Source: Pocillopora damicornis
Taxonomy: Eukaryota
Reading direction: 5' to 3'
Assembly (NCBI RefSeq): GCF_003704095.1
Contig: NW_020844827.1
Location: 1 to 64,000, forward strand
Length of the DNA stretch: 64,000 nucleotides
Shown piece by piece: positions 12,085 through 24,563 of the stretch (position 1 is its first letter; each line of letters begins with the position of its first letter). Under the pieces are notes generated by a model. That model made no database searches. It was not told where the DNA came from and was given only the letters and a program-made list of their open reading frames with translations. The position numbers were made by a program, and so were the translations under genes.

Positions 12085-14687
12085 CTATGTTCCGTTTACA
12101 AGGTTTTCAAATGTGAACGCTTGTCCCGTAATTTTTGTCCTTAAAGGTCAGATCGAATGCCTTTTGAAATATGGAGCTTTTAAACGTCTTCTTTGACGGG
12201 CCATCTCCACATTTGTTTCCCGAATCCCGCCACTCAAAATTGCCGATTCCCGTGTCCCGTTCATAGTAATAATCCCGCATCTCGCTCCCTCCTTAATTTC
12301 AAATAAGCTCAATTCTGGATCGCGAAAAAACTATTGGGGACCCTCGTTAAGTGGCTATCGAGTAATTGACTGGATACGAATCGTACATTTCTTTCTTTAA
12401 GTTTATTCGATCTGTAAGAGACAATACATAATTCTTAAGAAATCTAACAGCGAGCGATCCATGAAATTACATGCGAAAAAATTCGAAGTCATAAACCTGA
12501 AAATCAAACTGGCTTCAAAACAAATTGGTTTCCTCTGTGGCGTTATCCAGCCAGAAACTGCTGCAGAACAGGTCAGCGAAAAGGGAAAGAAACGGGTCAT
12601 CAGGAAAACTACAGGTTAGCTAGCGAGGGACAGTTGTGATGAAATTCTATTATGGCGTATACTGTGTCTTCTACACCAAGTAAGAGCCACTTTTTCTTTC
12701 ACAACTGAAAAACGTGTCATTTGATCTCAATGTAAACTTACTAAAACGATTGCACCATCGACTGTCAATCAAGGCTAAAATTAAATGTCAATCAGCTGAT
12801 TTGTAAAAACGAAACAATTGCAAACAGTTTCGATCCTTCCCGACTGTCGTTGCGAGAAACCAAAGGCTAAACTTCCGTGAAAACTGCAACTCAGTGAGGT
12901 TGTTGTTCTTTTCTTTCGAAATTTTTGAAGCGTTTTGCAGTTCAGGATAAGGAGGTAAATATTTCAGCTCGTTTTCACAAGTGGTAAATCGTCGTTTAGA
13001 TATGTTATTTGTGTGCATAAATTAGTAATTGTCAAAACCGCCTCACTTCAAGAGTAACACGATATGAGTTAACGCAGTTCTGTTTTGTAACATGAGTTAG
13101 AGTGGGCTTCTTGTCAATTCAAGTCGAGTCGATTAGCCAAGAAAGCGTTATAGCTTCGAGGTTTAACTTCAAACATGTAGTAAGCAGTGATAATGGCAGT
13201 AGTTTTCTTGTATCAGACACATAATTAGACTGTCATCCAAGTGCAAAAGCTTTAGGTCAATACAATGTGACATTCCTTCTTTAACTTGATTGCGTGAGTT
13301 GTCACCTGCTAACTCGACAAGACATAGGCATGCTATGCATGTAAGAGTTATTCTTTTTGGTTGGTGGATTAATTGAAACATTGTAAAATGATGTGTACAT
13401 TTTCACAAAACGAAAGAGAATCAACCCGGAAAAGAACGAAAATGCTGAGTTAACTCACACACAGGTATTTTGTGGTCGATTGTGTGTGTTGTGCGAATAA
13501 TAGGCCTTTTGCAGCTAGAGATCTCGTGCTTAGATACCGCATAGCAACGCTATACTGGAAAGCAAGCATTCCAGTGAGCTCAGACATCAGACATTATAGA
13601 GGTCACGGTGGTCTGCGTGGAAACAAAGATTACACAGGATAACAAGCGTAAGGGTATCCCACTTCTAGATATCCAGTCATTTGTATTTAACAGCTTTCCT
13701 GGAGTGTATCAGCAACAAAATCATAACAAAACCTGAGCGAATTTTGTCGCACTTATTTCTCACGTCGGCGGTGCGACATAAACAACATGGCTTCTAACCA
13801 AGGTGTGTGAGAAGAAAAAAGACTTGTAAAATCAACTGGGAGGCTCTTATTTTCATCGAAAACAAGATATCAACTTACTATCGAATAAATTTTAGTTTTT
13901 TAGCAAGAATAAACTGTATTGGTGCCACGGATACCGGTCAGTACAAAATGTAGACTAAGTACAAAATGCAGACTGACATTTTAAACTATTTTTTTCGTCT
14001 GATATGTGATAAAATATCTTCTTACAACTTACCGATCGTCACGCAATCGCTTCTACGCGGTCATTATTTGCACTATTGTGGAATATTTCTTGCCCGTTTC
14101 TTGGTATGTTTTGTTTTTAATAAAATGGCCATTGCATTTTGGTTTCGAACAAAGCGGCCACAATCGTTCCTGGAAGAATTTCAAGCCTTCATATGGTCTT
14201 TCTCATCTCGCGCACGAGATGTCACTATGGAATAACTAACACGCGCAATATTCGAGAAACAACTGAGAGCCTTGCACATCGTCCGCATTATCATCTTTTA
14301 ACCGATATGTGTTCATTTTGTTCACAAAGATGCGGACCGAGACCAAAACTGTTCTATCGACTTGATATATATATATATATATATTTTTTCAACGTTCAGG
14401 GGTGTTCACACTCTGATTTTTACTTATGTGCCTTATATTGTTATAAGCTTACATGAAGGACCCGCGAATTTTAATTGGGAAAGCGAAGCATTGTTTTTGT
14501 GACTGGCCATTTCTTTACTTTCTGGTGGTTTTATCTCTAATCTGTTTGGTGATTACGAAAAGATTAATATGTGAAAATCAGACTTCGCTAGCGGTATAGT
14601 CGCTAAATAATGTTATCTGGTAACCATACCACTGACAAAAAGCCAAAATGACCCTGAGCTCGAGACTGGATGCATGCATGCTGGATT

Positions 14688-15146
14688 GGGAAATTGAAAG
14701 GGAAATAATTCCAATCTCCTAATGCGAAAGCCACGCGCAGAAACGACGGCATCAGTTACTTTTTCATTATTCATCAAGCAAAAACATCCTCATGTATATC
14801 CTATTTAGTTGAAACTTGTACTTTTAGATTGGTTCCTAACAATCGAAAGAGAGGAAACGAAGTATCCACGCCCTAGCTTGAGGCCAGTTTAGGTCCATTT
14901 TCACCCTTGTTGCAACGCGCGCCTTGACCCAATTTCCTGTAACACGAAATTCCCAGATTACTGAAAACCTTCTAAAATCGTCTTTCTCAAGAGCCATCTG
15001 GGACATGTGTTAAATTGTTTTACAGTAATTACATTCGACGTTCGTCATTTTCTAGTTTCCTTACAGTATTTTGAATTTTTTCCGGTAGAATCGTACTCTG
15101 TAAACAGAGTCGGCGAAAAGGACAACGTTCGAATTTTTTCACTTTC
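14688..15146. promoter_or_regulatory. Cluster of IRF/ISRE-like motifs upstream of the PARP14-like gene
   Basis: GAAATTGAAAGGGAAA (14690-14705, triple GAAA-NN), GGAAACGAAG (~14853), GGGAATTTC on - (~14946-14954, kB-like), GAAAGTGAAA on - (15137-15146). Confidence 0.4.
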
Positions 15147-16479
15147 TAGAAGCACTTCAGGATTCTAAATAAAGATAACACACTTCCAATAGTTCGAAGT
15201 TCCAAAAATGAAAGACCCGATCCAAGAGTAACGCACCAGGATGCTAACCATGAAATTGACCGCAACTAAACCATCAAGGAGAAAAATCAGCTATCTTTCG
15301 TGGAAAAATCGTTGTTCATTAAAAAGACCTCTTAAGATTGCATATCAATCAAAGTCATTGCCACATGAGGCGACAAAACTGCCTAAGAGCCACAAAAAAT
15401 CGCGCATAGTTTATTTTAATCAGACATTCTTCTAGGGATAGCACCGAGCAAACCAATTCCAGAAAAATATAATCGGCACACTCAACAGATCATGAATCTC
15501 GCAACACAGCTTTCCGCTAAAGAACTGCTCAAATCAAAATGTATGGTGCAATCCATCAGCACCCCAGGCGATCCACTCACTCTCGTCGAGAAGGAAGAAT
15601 AACCATGATCTTGCTTCAGTGCAGAGAACTCGATTTTCTCTTTTCACAGCATGAGTAATACGTTTACTCTAAGTAATCTGATATCTTTCATCTGTCCAGC
15701 AGTATCGCATTATCCTCAAAAGCGCAGTAAAATACACATTAAAAACACAGAAAAGCCGGCATTTCTCAATCAAAATGGTGACCACTCTCTCCGAATCGCA
15801 CGTCAATTCGTTGAATCTCGAAGACTCTGATTACTACGAGTTGTCAAAATACGACAATCTGATTGGTGCGAGATACGTACTCTAATGCGGCGATCTGATT
15901 GAGGCGAGTAACATACCAACATACCACTCCATACGCTAACATAGAGTTTTTTTTTTTTTTAACTCAAAAATTGCTCCACATGATTTTCTTTTAAGTTCAA
16001 GTTTATATCTCACCATAAACTCTATTGTAGAAACCAATCCCCCTCTTAGCCCCAGTTCGTGCGGCTATCTGTACAAGTTTTTTTAGTTTTTTCTGTATAA
16101 GTTTAACCTTCGCGAGGATCATGCAAATAAAAAAGGTGTGAGCTCGAGTTGAAATGTAATCACGAGAACGTTCTTATGCCTGCTGTATTCCAAAATCGTC
16201 TGGTAAATTGCCCTTTCGTCGAGTGTCCCTTGTTTCCCATGTTATTAGTATTGCCTATGTTATACATATTGCTTGTTATTTGTATTTCCTGTGTTATTTC
16301 CAATCTTGTAATTAGTTGTTCCGTTCTTAATGTATTATGTTCATAACACTTTACTTAGAAACCCCTGGCAATGACGTTTAAATAGAAAAGTTCGTTCGAG
16401 TCGTCAGGAAATTAGACTCTCTTAAATTTATTGCAACACGAGGGAAAGTGGACGTCGGCCCTAAAAATCCCCGCCACAA

Positions 16480-17520
16480 ACGACCCACGGGACAATCAAC
16501 ACCAACATAAGCTCCACCACGACTACCCACGAAACAATAAAAAGCAACAAAAGCCCCACCACTTCTACCACCCAAAGGGAAATATACATCAACACGATCC
16601 CCGACACCACCACCCAAAGGAAAATTAACATCAACCCAAACTTCACCACCACCAATGGGGACGGTAGCATCAAAAAACAATGAACCTCCATCACTACCCA
16701 GAGAAACATCATTATCAACATCAACAGGATCTACACCAACACCACCACCCTGGGGAGAATCATTCTCATCATCAACACAATCTGCAATGCCACCACCCAC
16801 ACGAAAATCTACACCAACACGACACCCACTACTACTTAGAGGAAAGTCGACACCAACACCTACAGAACCATCACCGCCAATTCCCACGGGACAGTTAGCA
16901 TTAACACAACTGCCCCCACCCCTACCACCTAAAAGAAAGTCGACCTCAACCCAATACCCACTACCACAAGAAGGAAAGTCGACACCAACACTAACAGAAC
17001 CATCGTCAACACTTCCTACAGGACAATCAACATTAACAGGAACCCCACCACCTCTTCCGCCTAAAAAAAAGTCGACATTAACAGAGAACCCAGTACCACA
17101 AGAAGGAAAGTCGATACCAACACCAAAAGAAGCATCATCATCACTTCTCACGGGACAATCAACATTAACAGAAATTCCACCGCCCTTACCACCTAAAGGA
17201 AAGTCGACATCAATGCTGAAAAAATCTTTACCATTATTACCCACGGAGCAATCAACGACACTGACCCCACCATTACTACTGCAGAAAGATAAATCAACAT
17301 CAAGCCCATCTCTATCACCACCCATGAGAGAGTCGGCATCGACACAGTCCACGTCACTAACATCCACGGGACAGTCATCATCAATAAAATTCCCACAACT
17401 ACCCAGAGGAGAATCATTATCAACATCAATACAATCCCAACCATTGCTGCCCACAAGACGATCGACATTAAAGCAGTTCTCCCCATCATTGTCACCCAAA
17501 GATAAGTCAGCATTATTAGA
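16480..17520 (+). repeat. Coding minisatellite: 13-16 codon subunits with a 132-bp higher-order unit repeated three times
   Basis: ggaaagtcga(c/t)accaaca recurs at 16841, 16973, 17105 (period 132 nt, 44 aa). PPPLPPK occurs three times. Confidence 0.9.
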
Positions 17521-20500
17521 CAGATGGGAAACCTTACAATGGCCAGCAACGGACAATGTCGATGAAGCAAGCAGACTAAGTGCCTCTGAGAATGACCTTT
17601 GTAGGATTAAAAACGGTAAGGTGCTTGAACAAGGAATTGCGCTTGGTGTAAAAATGTTCTCGTTTTTAGGGTAGGGATTACGGATGGAAATATCCCCAAT
17701 TTAATGAACGGAGGGCGGAATTGTAGTTTACAATCCATTTCGAACTTTGTCTCTTTCGACGGAATTGCATTTGTTGGCCCTCATACCACTCTTTTCATTA
17801 ATATTTTATTGACGGTTGACTGAGAGCTCTATGTTTGAGGTAGTGATTCCCTAATTGAATTGACCACTCATGGTTCAAGTTCTAACTCAGCCTCAAATAA
17901 ATCTAGTCACAAGAAATAAACTGTGTAGAATTAAGAGTATGTCAGCAGCGAGATCAAAATAAAATGTTTTTCCTGCTTGGAATGGCTTAGAGAATAAAAT
18001 ATTGATAGTTACGGAAGGGTCACGATGGGATTCTCATTCAAAAAAAGCATGCATAATTAGCATGCAATAGGAGTAGAGGTTGGAAATAAAAAGGCTAAAT
18101 ACAAATTAACGAGAATAACCTTCTGAAACTTCTTTAATGTAATAAGAAAAATGGAAAATGTTGTGAATGTTTGTTGCATTTAACTTACAGGGAATGAAAA
18201 AGAGGAAGAAGAAGAACGACGGCAACAACCAAAACAACAGCAGCAGCAACAGCAAAAACCACCACATCAACAGCAACAACAACAACAACAACAACAACAA
18301 CATCAACAGAAACTGTCACAGAAAGAAAATGAAAACGGGAAACTTGAAGATCAAGCTTTCTTTGAGACCAAGAAATTGCTGGTTAGTGGGTTCGATAGCT
18401 TGATGAATGAACGCAGGCTGAAAACCTTAATTGAGGTCGTGAGCGGTGCCGAGGTGGAGGAGGTACAAATGTTGATGAACGGCAGAGCTCTAATCACGAT
18501 GACCAAAGATGTAAAAGGTAGGCGAAGTCAAAGTCACGTCAATTCATTTGCAACTAATAAGCTAACACGAAACAAGACTTAATAGTTGCTCACCGCCTTA
18601 GTAGTAACTCACCGACCCATACCACAGCACCAACATTGGTATAACTCTCACATTATCTGAAGTGATATTGAGGAGACCTGATGGTTATTGCACGAGGTAC
18701 CATGACTTTTTTATTTTATTCAGATTACAGTTATATCAAGAAGGAAGTTGAAGTTGAAACTAGAGGTTTGGTGTCCATCGAGCAAGTTCCTGTTCGCAAA
18801 AGCATTCTTGTTACCGGTTTTTCAGATGACACTACCTATGAAGAAATTGAACTGTTTTTTGAGAGCCGTAGGAACAACGGAGGTCCTGTAGAGAAAGTTA
18901 CCTATGTACCCGAGCGTCATCAAGCTATCGTCGTGTTTCAAGAAGTAACAGGTTTGTTACTTAATGACGTATATCAGTCAGTAATTTGGGTATAGTTTAC
19001 TGTTCTCTGAATAATAACCAAAATGAACTGATGGTTGACATGACTTTAATGAAGAGAGCGGATTTGATGGATTAATTGAATGATTGGTTGATTGATTGAT
19101 AGATATATAGAGGACGTGATTGATTGAATGACTGATTGACCGATTGACTGACTAATTGATTCATTCATTTACTGTCTGCTACATGAATTCTCTCATGCGG
19201 TACCTTCCTAATTCAAGTTTTATGAAGAATTATTTAAAGCAAAAAAGGCTTACTTCGTACCACTCCTCTTCATCCTGACAGATATACAAAGAGTCTTGGC
19301 CTTACACAGAGAGAGACCACTAATCTCAAATGGGAAAACGTTGTCACTTGAAATTTGCTACGAGTTGCAAGACATCAAAGAAGGTGATAGACCCGAAAAT
19401 GAAGGCGAATTGAAAGAGACTGTGGATATTGCAAGAAGGACTAAATCAAACACGATGCTCATGGCTGTAGATCCTGATGTGATGGAATACATCACCAAAA
19501 CGGCATTTCAGGATCAACTTAATAGCTCCTTGGCTAAAAAGAAAGGAGTTATCACCTGGAAACCCAACGAAAAAACAGCTGCAATAGAGTATCACGGAGA
19601 GAGTGGAGGCGATTCGTGGAAGTCTGACTGCTTTGAAGAAGTACAAAATTTCGTCGACAAGTTTGCGAAGTGTGATGTCCCGGTAAACAAGGATTTTTGG
19701 GAAGCCGTGGTGGCTCAAGGGTCCTTGGGATTTGACCCTTCCCTGATAAAAATCAGCGGTGATACTCATTCTTTGAGGATTGTTTGCTTGAAAACAGATG
19801 TAAAAAGTAACCAGGAAAAAGTGAAAGCTAAATTGGAAGAGATATACCTCAATGAGATCCTGAAAACCAACACAAAAATCAAAATACAAAATGTTCCTAA
19901 AGAACGCTTAATTTTGCTAAAAAAACTGAAGTTTGTGGAGAACCTTAAGGAGAAAAACCGAAAAATAGAAATCAGCTTGGATGTTGAAAACGAAGAACTA
20001 CGTTTCAAAGGTCCTCAGCAACAACTGAATGAGGCAATCGTGGAGTTTCGGGATCATATGAATGACGTGGTTGAAAAATCACTGAAATTATCCGTAAAGT
20101 TAAAAGAGATTTTGGGCTCAAAAGTTGGGCTTCAGACGGTGAATGGTGAGTTGGAAAAACACAACGTGCAGGCTGTGATCTTCATTGATAAAGAGGCCAG
20201 GGTGGTAGGAACATCAACCGCGCATGTCGATAACGCTTTGGAGGTTGTTAATAGGTTGATGCTGGAAGAAAAAGTTCACGTAGAGGAAGAAAGTCAAATT
20301 TTGCTACAATCCCATACCTGGCATCTACTGTGTCAGGAGATTAACACCCAGTCCACTGTCCACGTTCACGGAAACTCCTGGAATGATGTATACTTAGTTG
20401 GGTTCCGAGAAAACGTTTCTCACGAGATGAAAAAGTTACAGACCTTCTTGGAAAAAAACCGCATCATCATGAAAGATCAGTTTCAGTGTCGGGCAACAAT

Positions 20501-23500
20501 TATTAAAAAGTATCTCGTCGACATTTGTCATGAAGATTTACGCTGCATTGAGGTTCACCTGAAAGAATTTCAGGTGAAGATTAAAACAGGAAATACCGAC
20601 AATTTCCTTGAAATTTCCGGAAGAGAAACAGGCTTAAAAATAGCAAGAGAGAAAATTGATGATCTTCAAAAGAATATCGTTTGGAAGACTTGGAAAGTGG
20701 AACAGCCAGGCCTCTGTAGATATTTTGAAGGCGGGAAAGAAAACTACTTAATGATGTCTGTGAAAAAGAAACAAGCTTGCACCATTAGCATCCAGAAAAG
20801 TTTTATGCAAACAGACGAAAATGAATTAAAAACTGTAGATTATGACTCATCAGCAGCCAATACCAACCATGAAGACGATGAAGATGACTGCAAAGGCGCT
20901 GAGGACGAAGACAACGACGATTCCAATGGTGATAATAATGCAAATGAAGGTGAAGCAGGCTCTTCATTTGCTGACGATTCTCCTCTGCTAACAAAACATG
21001 GACACAAAATATCATGGAAAATGGGGAACATTGAGGCAGAAAAGGTGACAGTTGTTTTAACTATTTTTTTCATATTTGAATACGTACTTTGAATGTTGAT
21101 AAAATATCAGCTAAATAGCATAGGCCACTATTTCCTCAGTTACGGATGTTCATGTCGCAAGCTCTGTTTCAAAATGACGATATTACTGTTGCGAAACACC
21201 CCATATATATATTTTTGGCCATCCGGAAAGTCATAACGTCCTTTAAGAAGGTATGGTAACATTCACTTGAATTGCAGGCTGATCTCTTGGTCTGCTCCCA
21301 GGGGGCATGCACTCAAGCAATCATTAAGGCTGGTGGTCCAAAAGTAGCATCTCCAAAGATTGGAGACATCACGGTATCTGGTGGTTTTGCCTTCGTTAGG
21401 CATGTGATCCACATCCGGTGTTGCAGTTGGAATGGTGGCCAGGGCAAAGAGGTAGGTATTCAATTTGTTGGAGTAGACACGTTATTAGATGAGTTGCAGT
21501 TCGTATGCGTAAAAGGATGCATGCAGCTTTCAAATCAATGTGTTTTATTTCCATATAGACTCTACAGGGCCTTGTTCGAAAGTGTCTGCAGAAAAGTGTA
21601 GAGCTACGAGCGACTTCCATTGCATTTCCTGTAATAGGTACCGGGAAACTAAACTTCCCTCGTGATGTAGCCTCCAGACTTATGTTGGAAGAAGTAATCA
21701 CCTTCTGCAAAGCTCATTCCGCATCCTCTACGCAGGATATTCGATTTGTTGTTTACCAGCAAGATCGAGCATTAACTGCCGCTTTCAAACAAGAGATGGA
21801 CAAATTAAGAGTCGAGCAAAACGTACACAAGAAGTTAAAAAAGACTCCCGTGCTTATTGAAGTGGCTCATGGTGACCTTTTCCAGGAGAAAACAGACGCC
21901 ATTGTAAATATTGTCAGCAAAGACTTGGATATGGATAGAGGAATGGTGAGCAAAACGATGGAGATGTTGGGCGGTCAGCGGATACAGGATGAGTTGAATA
22001 AGTTCCGACAGCAACCGTGTGGGTCAGCGGTGATGACCGCTAGTGGAAAGCTACCATCACGTCACATTATACACCTTATATCCGACTCAGCAAATGAAAG
22101 CCACCTCCAGCAGTGCCTGGAAAGTTGTTTTCGACTTGCAGAAACACATGGTCTTGGCTCCGTTTCCATCCCCGCAGTTGGGACTGGTGGATTCCAAATG
22201 TCTACTACAGAATCCGCTAACGTGATATACCGAGCTCTTAACAACTTCTGCGGTAGTTTTAACTCTGTCCACACAGTAAGGATTATTATCTTTCAAGTCC
22301 AAATGATGCAGGCATTTCAGCAATTTCAGCATAATTCAAAGAAAGTCGTAACCCAGTGCATCGCATTAGATGGTCGCTTTAAAGTCAACGTGCTTAACTG
22401 TGTAGATATTTGTGTCGCGGGCAAAAAGCCAAACGTCACAGATGCTATTGAATTCCTGAAGAAAAGTTTCACCGGGGCTTTGACAACAGAAAAGGTGGAA
22501 AGCGACGTGGTTAGTCAACTCTCCCATGAGAAGATTGAGACTCTGAGAAGAAAAGCCGATGCCCGTGACTTGAAACTTAAAGTCGGAGATACCGCTACTC
22601 GTATCTTAGTTCAGGGTGAATCTACAGAAGTGAACAAGATGGTCGTGGAGATCATGAAAGAGTTGGACAAGATTAAAAAGAAAAAACAGGACCAAGAGCA
22701 AGCGCATCTGATATCAAAAAGTGTGGAATGGGGCTACGAAATAAAAGGCATTAAAATGGTTTTCAATCAGAGATCGAACGCCATGATTGAAACGGCGCAT
22801 AATAAAGGAAAGTCAGAAATAAAGATATCTCTGTCAGGAGAGCAATTCCTGATAGATTTGAAGAAAAATATTGGACGCGGACAACAGTCAGGAGATCAGA
22901 TAACTCTGACGAGAAAGATAAAAGGTTAGCTACTCACTGTTTTCTTACGAGTAATCGTGCAGTAACAGTTGGCTGCTAAGATGATTCCTTTCGTTGAAGT
23001 GACGAAACCAACCACTATTACCCTTCTCTGTGTGACAAAAAGACAAATAATTTTACGGTACCAAAAGAAATAGTAATCAAGTCTTTAAAAGGAGACCAAA
23101 CTCTCGTCAATGTCGCCGAGGTACAAATAAAGGAAACATTCTTGCTCACTTTAACCTTTCATGCACCTCTAAGTCAGGCCTTCTTGTTCCCTAGGATTTC
23201 CCCTACCAACGCACTGGACACCAATGCCCCGACCTGATATGATTGTGCACACAGAGGTGCTGTTACCAGACTCTTCTGAATACAAAAATGTCAAGCACAT
23301 GATTGATGCGACCGCTAAAGGATTGAGTATTCAGAAGATTGAACGAGTGCAAAATCCTCATCTGTGGCAAGCTTACATGGCGAGGAAACAGAAAATTGAG
23401 CCGGACTGTGGAGGTAATAGCGAACGACAACTGTTTCATGGGACGAATGCTATAAACGTCAGCCATATAAACGCACAGGGATTTAACCGAAGCTTCTGTG

Positions 23501-24342
23501 GAGTCCACGGTAAGTATTCCAATTTGAAAGCCTATGGTGATGACGTACCCTTGAGTTAACATGCGCTAATTAATTAAAAAGAATTTTCACTCGTGCAAAC
23601 GCGGTAACAATCTTACGAAAAGGCCTATAAATGTCGCCTTTAGTGAGAAAAAAAAAACGGGAAAAAAAGTCGTTCAAAGTTGCATATGTAGTAATGTAAT
23701 GTACACTTAATTGATCACTTCGCAACGGTACTTTTCAGGGTTAATACAAACAAATTGAAAATACAAGCAAATTGGAACAGACATTGTAAACAAAGTGTTT
23801 AAGAATCCCAACTGACATGAGGCAGACCAGTTGGCTCTATACAAAGCGCAGCAAAGGAATTGAATCGGGGCAAATGAAAACAAATCCAGTGTGTAACAGG
23901 GTGGAGGGCTTGAACCTGAGACCACCAGATTACAAGCCCCAGCGCCCTGACTACTCGGTCACACTGCCCCCAGAGGTCATTACACTCCGGATAAGAATTA
24001 TTGCAAATACACCCGCCAACGATTTCTATACGATTTGCTTTATAATCTTCAATTTTTTTTCCAGGAACAAAATACGGACAGGGTGTATACTTTGCCAGGG
24101 ACGCCAGTTACTCTGTTCATTACACTGGGAATGGTGATGCTGGCCGCCACATGTATCTTGCCCGAGTCCTGGTAGGAAAGTACTGTGCAGGGAAAAAAGA
24201 CATTAAGGTGCCTCCACCGATACACCCTTCGAGGCCAGAAGTGCTTTACGATTCTGTCGTGGATCAGACTAAGAATCCCAGCATATTTGTAGTTTTTCAT
24301 GATTCTCAATGTTATCCAGAGTACCATGTAACCTTTGAGTAA
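16655..24342 (+). CDS. PARP14: PARP14-like macro-PARP: Pro/Thr repeats, polyQ, RRMs, KH-like region, 2 macrodomains, WWE-like segment, ART catalytic domain; ~1803 aa
   Basis: Exons 16655-17615, 18191-18517, 18724-18951, 19282-21044, 21278-21451, 21559-22924, 23195-23509, 24065-24342; phases consistent, 5412 nt. RRM: SILVTGFSDDTTYEEIELFFESRRNNGGPV. Macro motifs: SIAFPVIGTG, SVSIPAVGTGG. Catalytic: IERVQN, LFHGT, YGQGVYFA, MYLARVLVG, NPSIFVVF..QCYPEY (H-Y-I, mono-ART). True start is uncertain; the symbol means PARP14-like, not proven orthology. Confidence 0.9.
18223..18309 (+). repeat. CAA/CAG microsatellite encoding a polyQ-rich tract in PARP14-like exon 2
   Basis: Q-rich tract interrupted by PK, KPPH and H in the spliced frame. 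Confidence 0.9.
19070..19170 (+). repeat. Degenerate (GATT/GACT)n microsatellite, intronic
   Basis: gattgattgatag...gactgattgaccgattgactgact. Confidence 0.8.
23790..23968 (-). mobile_element. tRNA-derived SINE in the last PARP14-like intron; degenerate + copy near 24890-25010
   Basis: Minus strand ggcagtgtgaccgagtagtcagggcgctgggg..ggttcaagccc has A-box and B-box-like motifs followed by a non-tRNA body (gccaactggtctgcctc..gggattcttaa). Confidence 0.7.
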
Positions 24343-24563
24343 TAATGTCATTGTTAAGATTATATCAAACTCTTGCCCAGCCTCTTGCTTTTGACGCTCA
24401 ACCATCCTCCGCTCACAGAGACCCACAAAAAACTCATTTCCTGACCTGAGACTTCGCAGAAGTTGGGCCACCATTGCGCCACACAACAACTCGAGGCTTT
24501 TTTTAAGGTCAAACCCGTTTTGCAAATGATCAACCTCAGAATACCAATACCCTACATTTCATT

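Noticed and set aside
16378-17556. 392-aa antisense ORF of V/G/D/C repeats, open even where the + frame has stops
   Set aside because: It is offset from the + frame so that a stop needs a pyrimidine-ending codon before Tyr, or a T-ending codon before His/Gln. The repeat uses mostly A-ending codons (CCA/ACA/TCA), so an open antisense frame is expected. No signal peptide or splice support.
19446-19889. Minus-strand ORFs within large exons (also 29836-30159, 33020-33271, 44920-45204)
   Set aside because: Antisense shadows of real coding exons.
23790-23968. tRNA-like sequences here and at 30465
   Set aside because: No complete cloverleaf; they continue into SINE bodies.
24049-24525. 158-aa minus-strand ORF
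   Set aside because: Mostly antisense to the last PARP exon and within the presumed TMA16 3' UTR; no recognisable motif.
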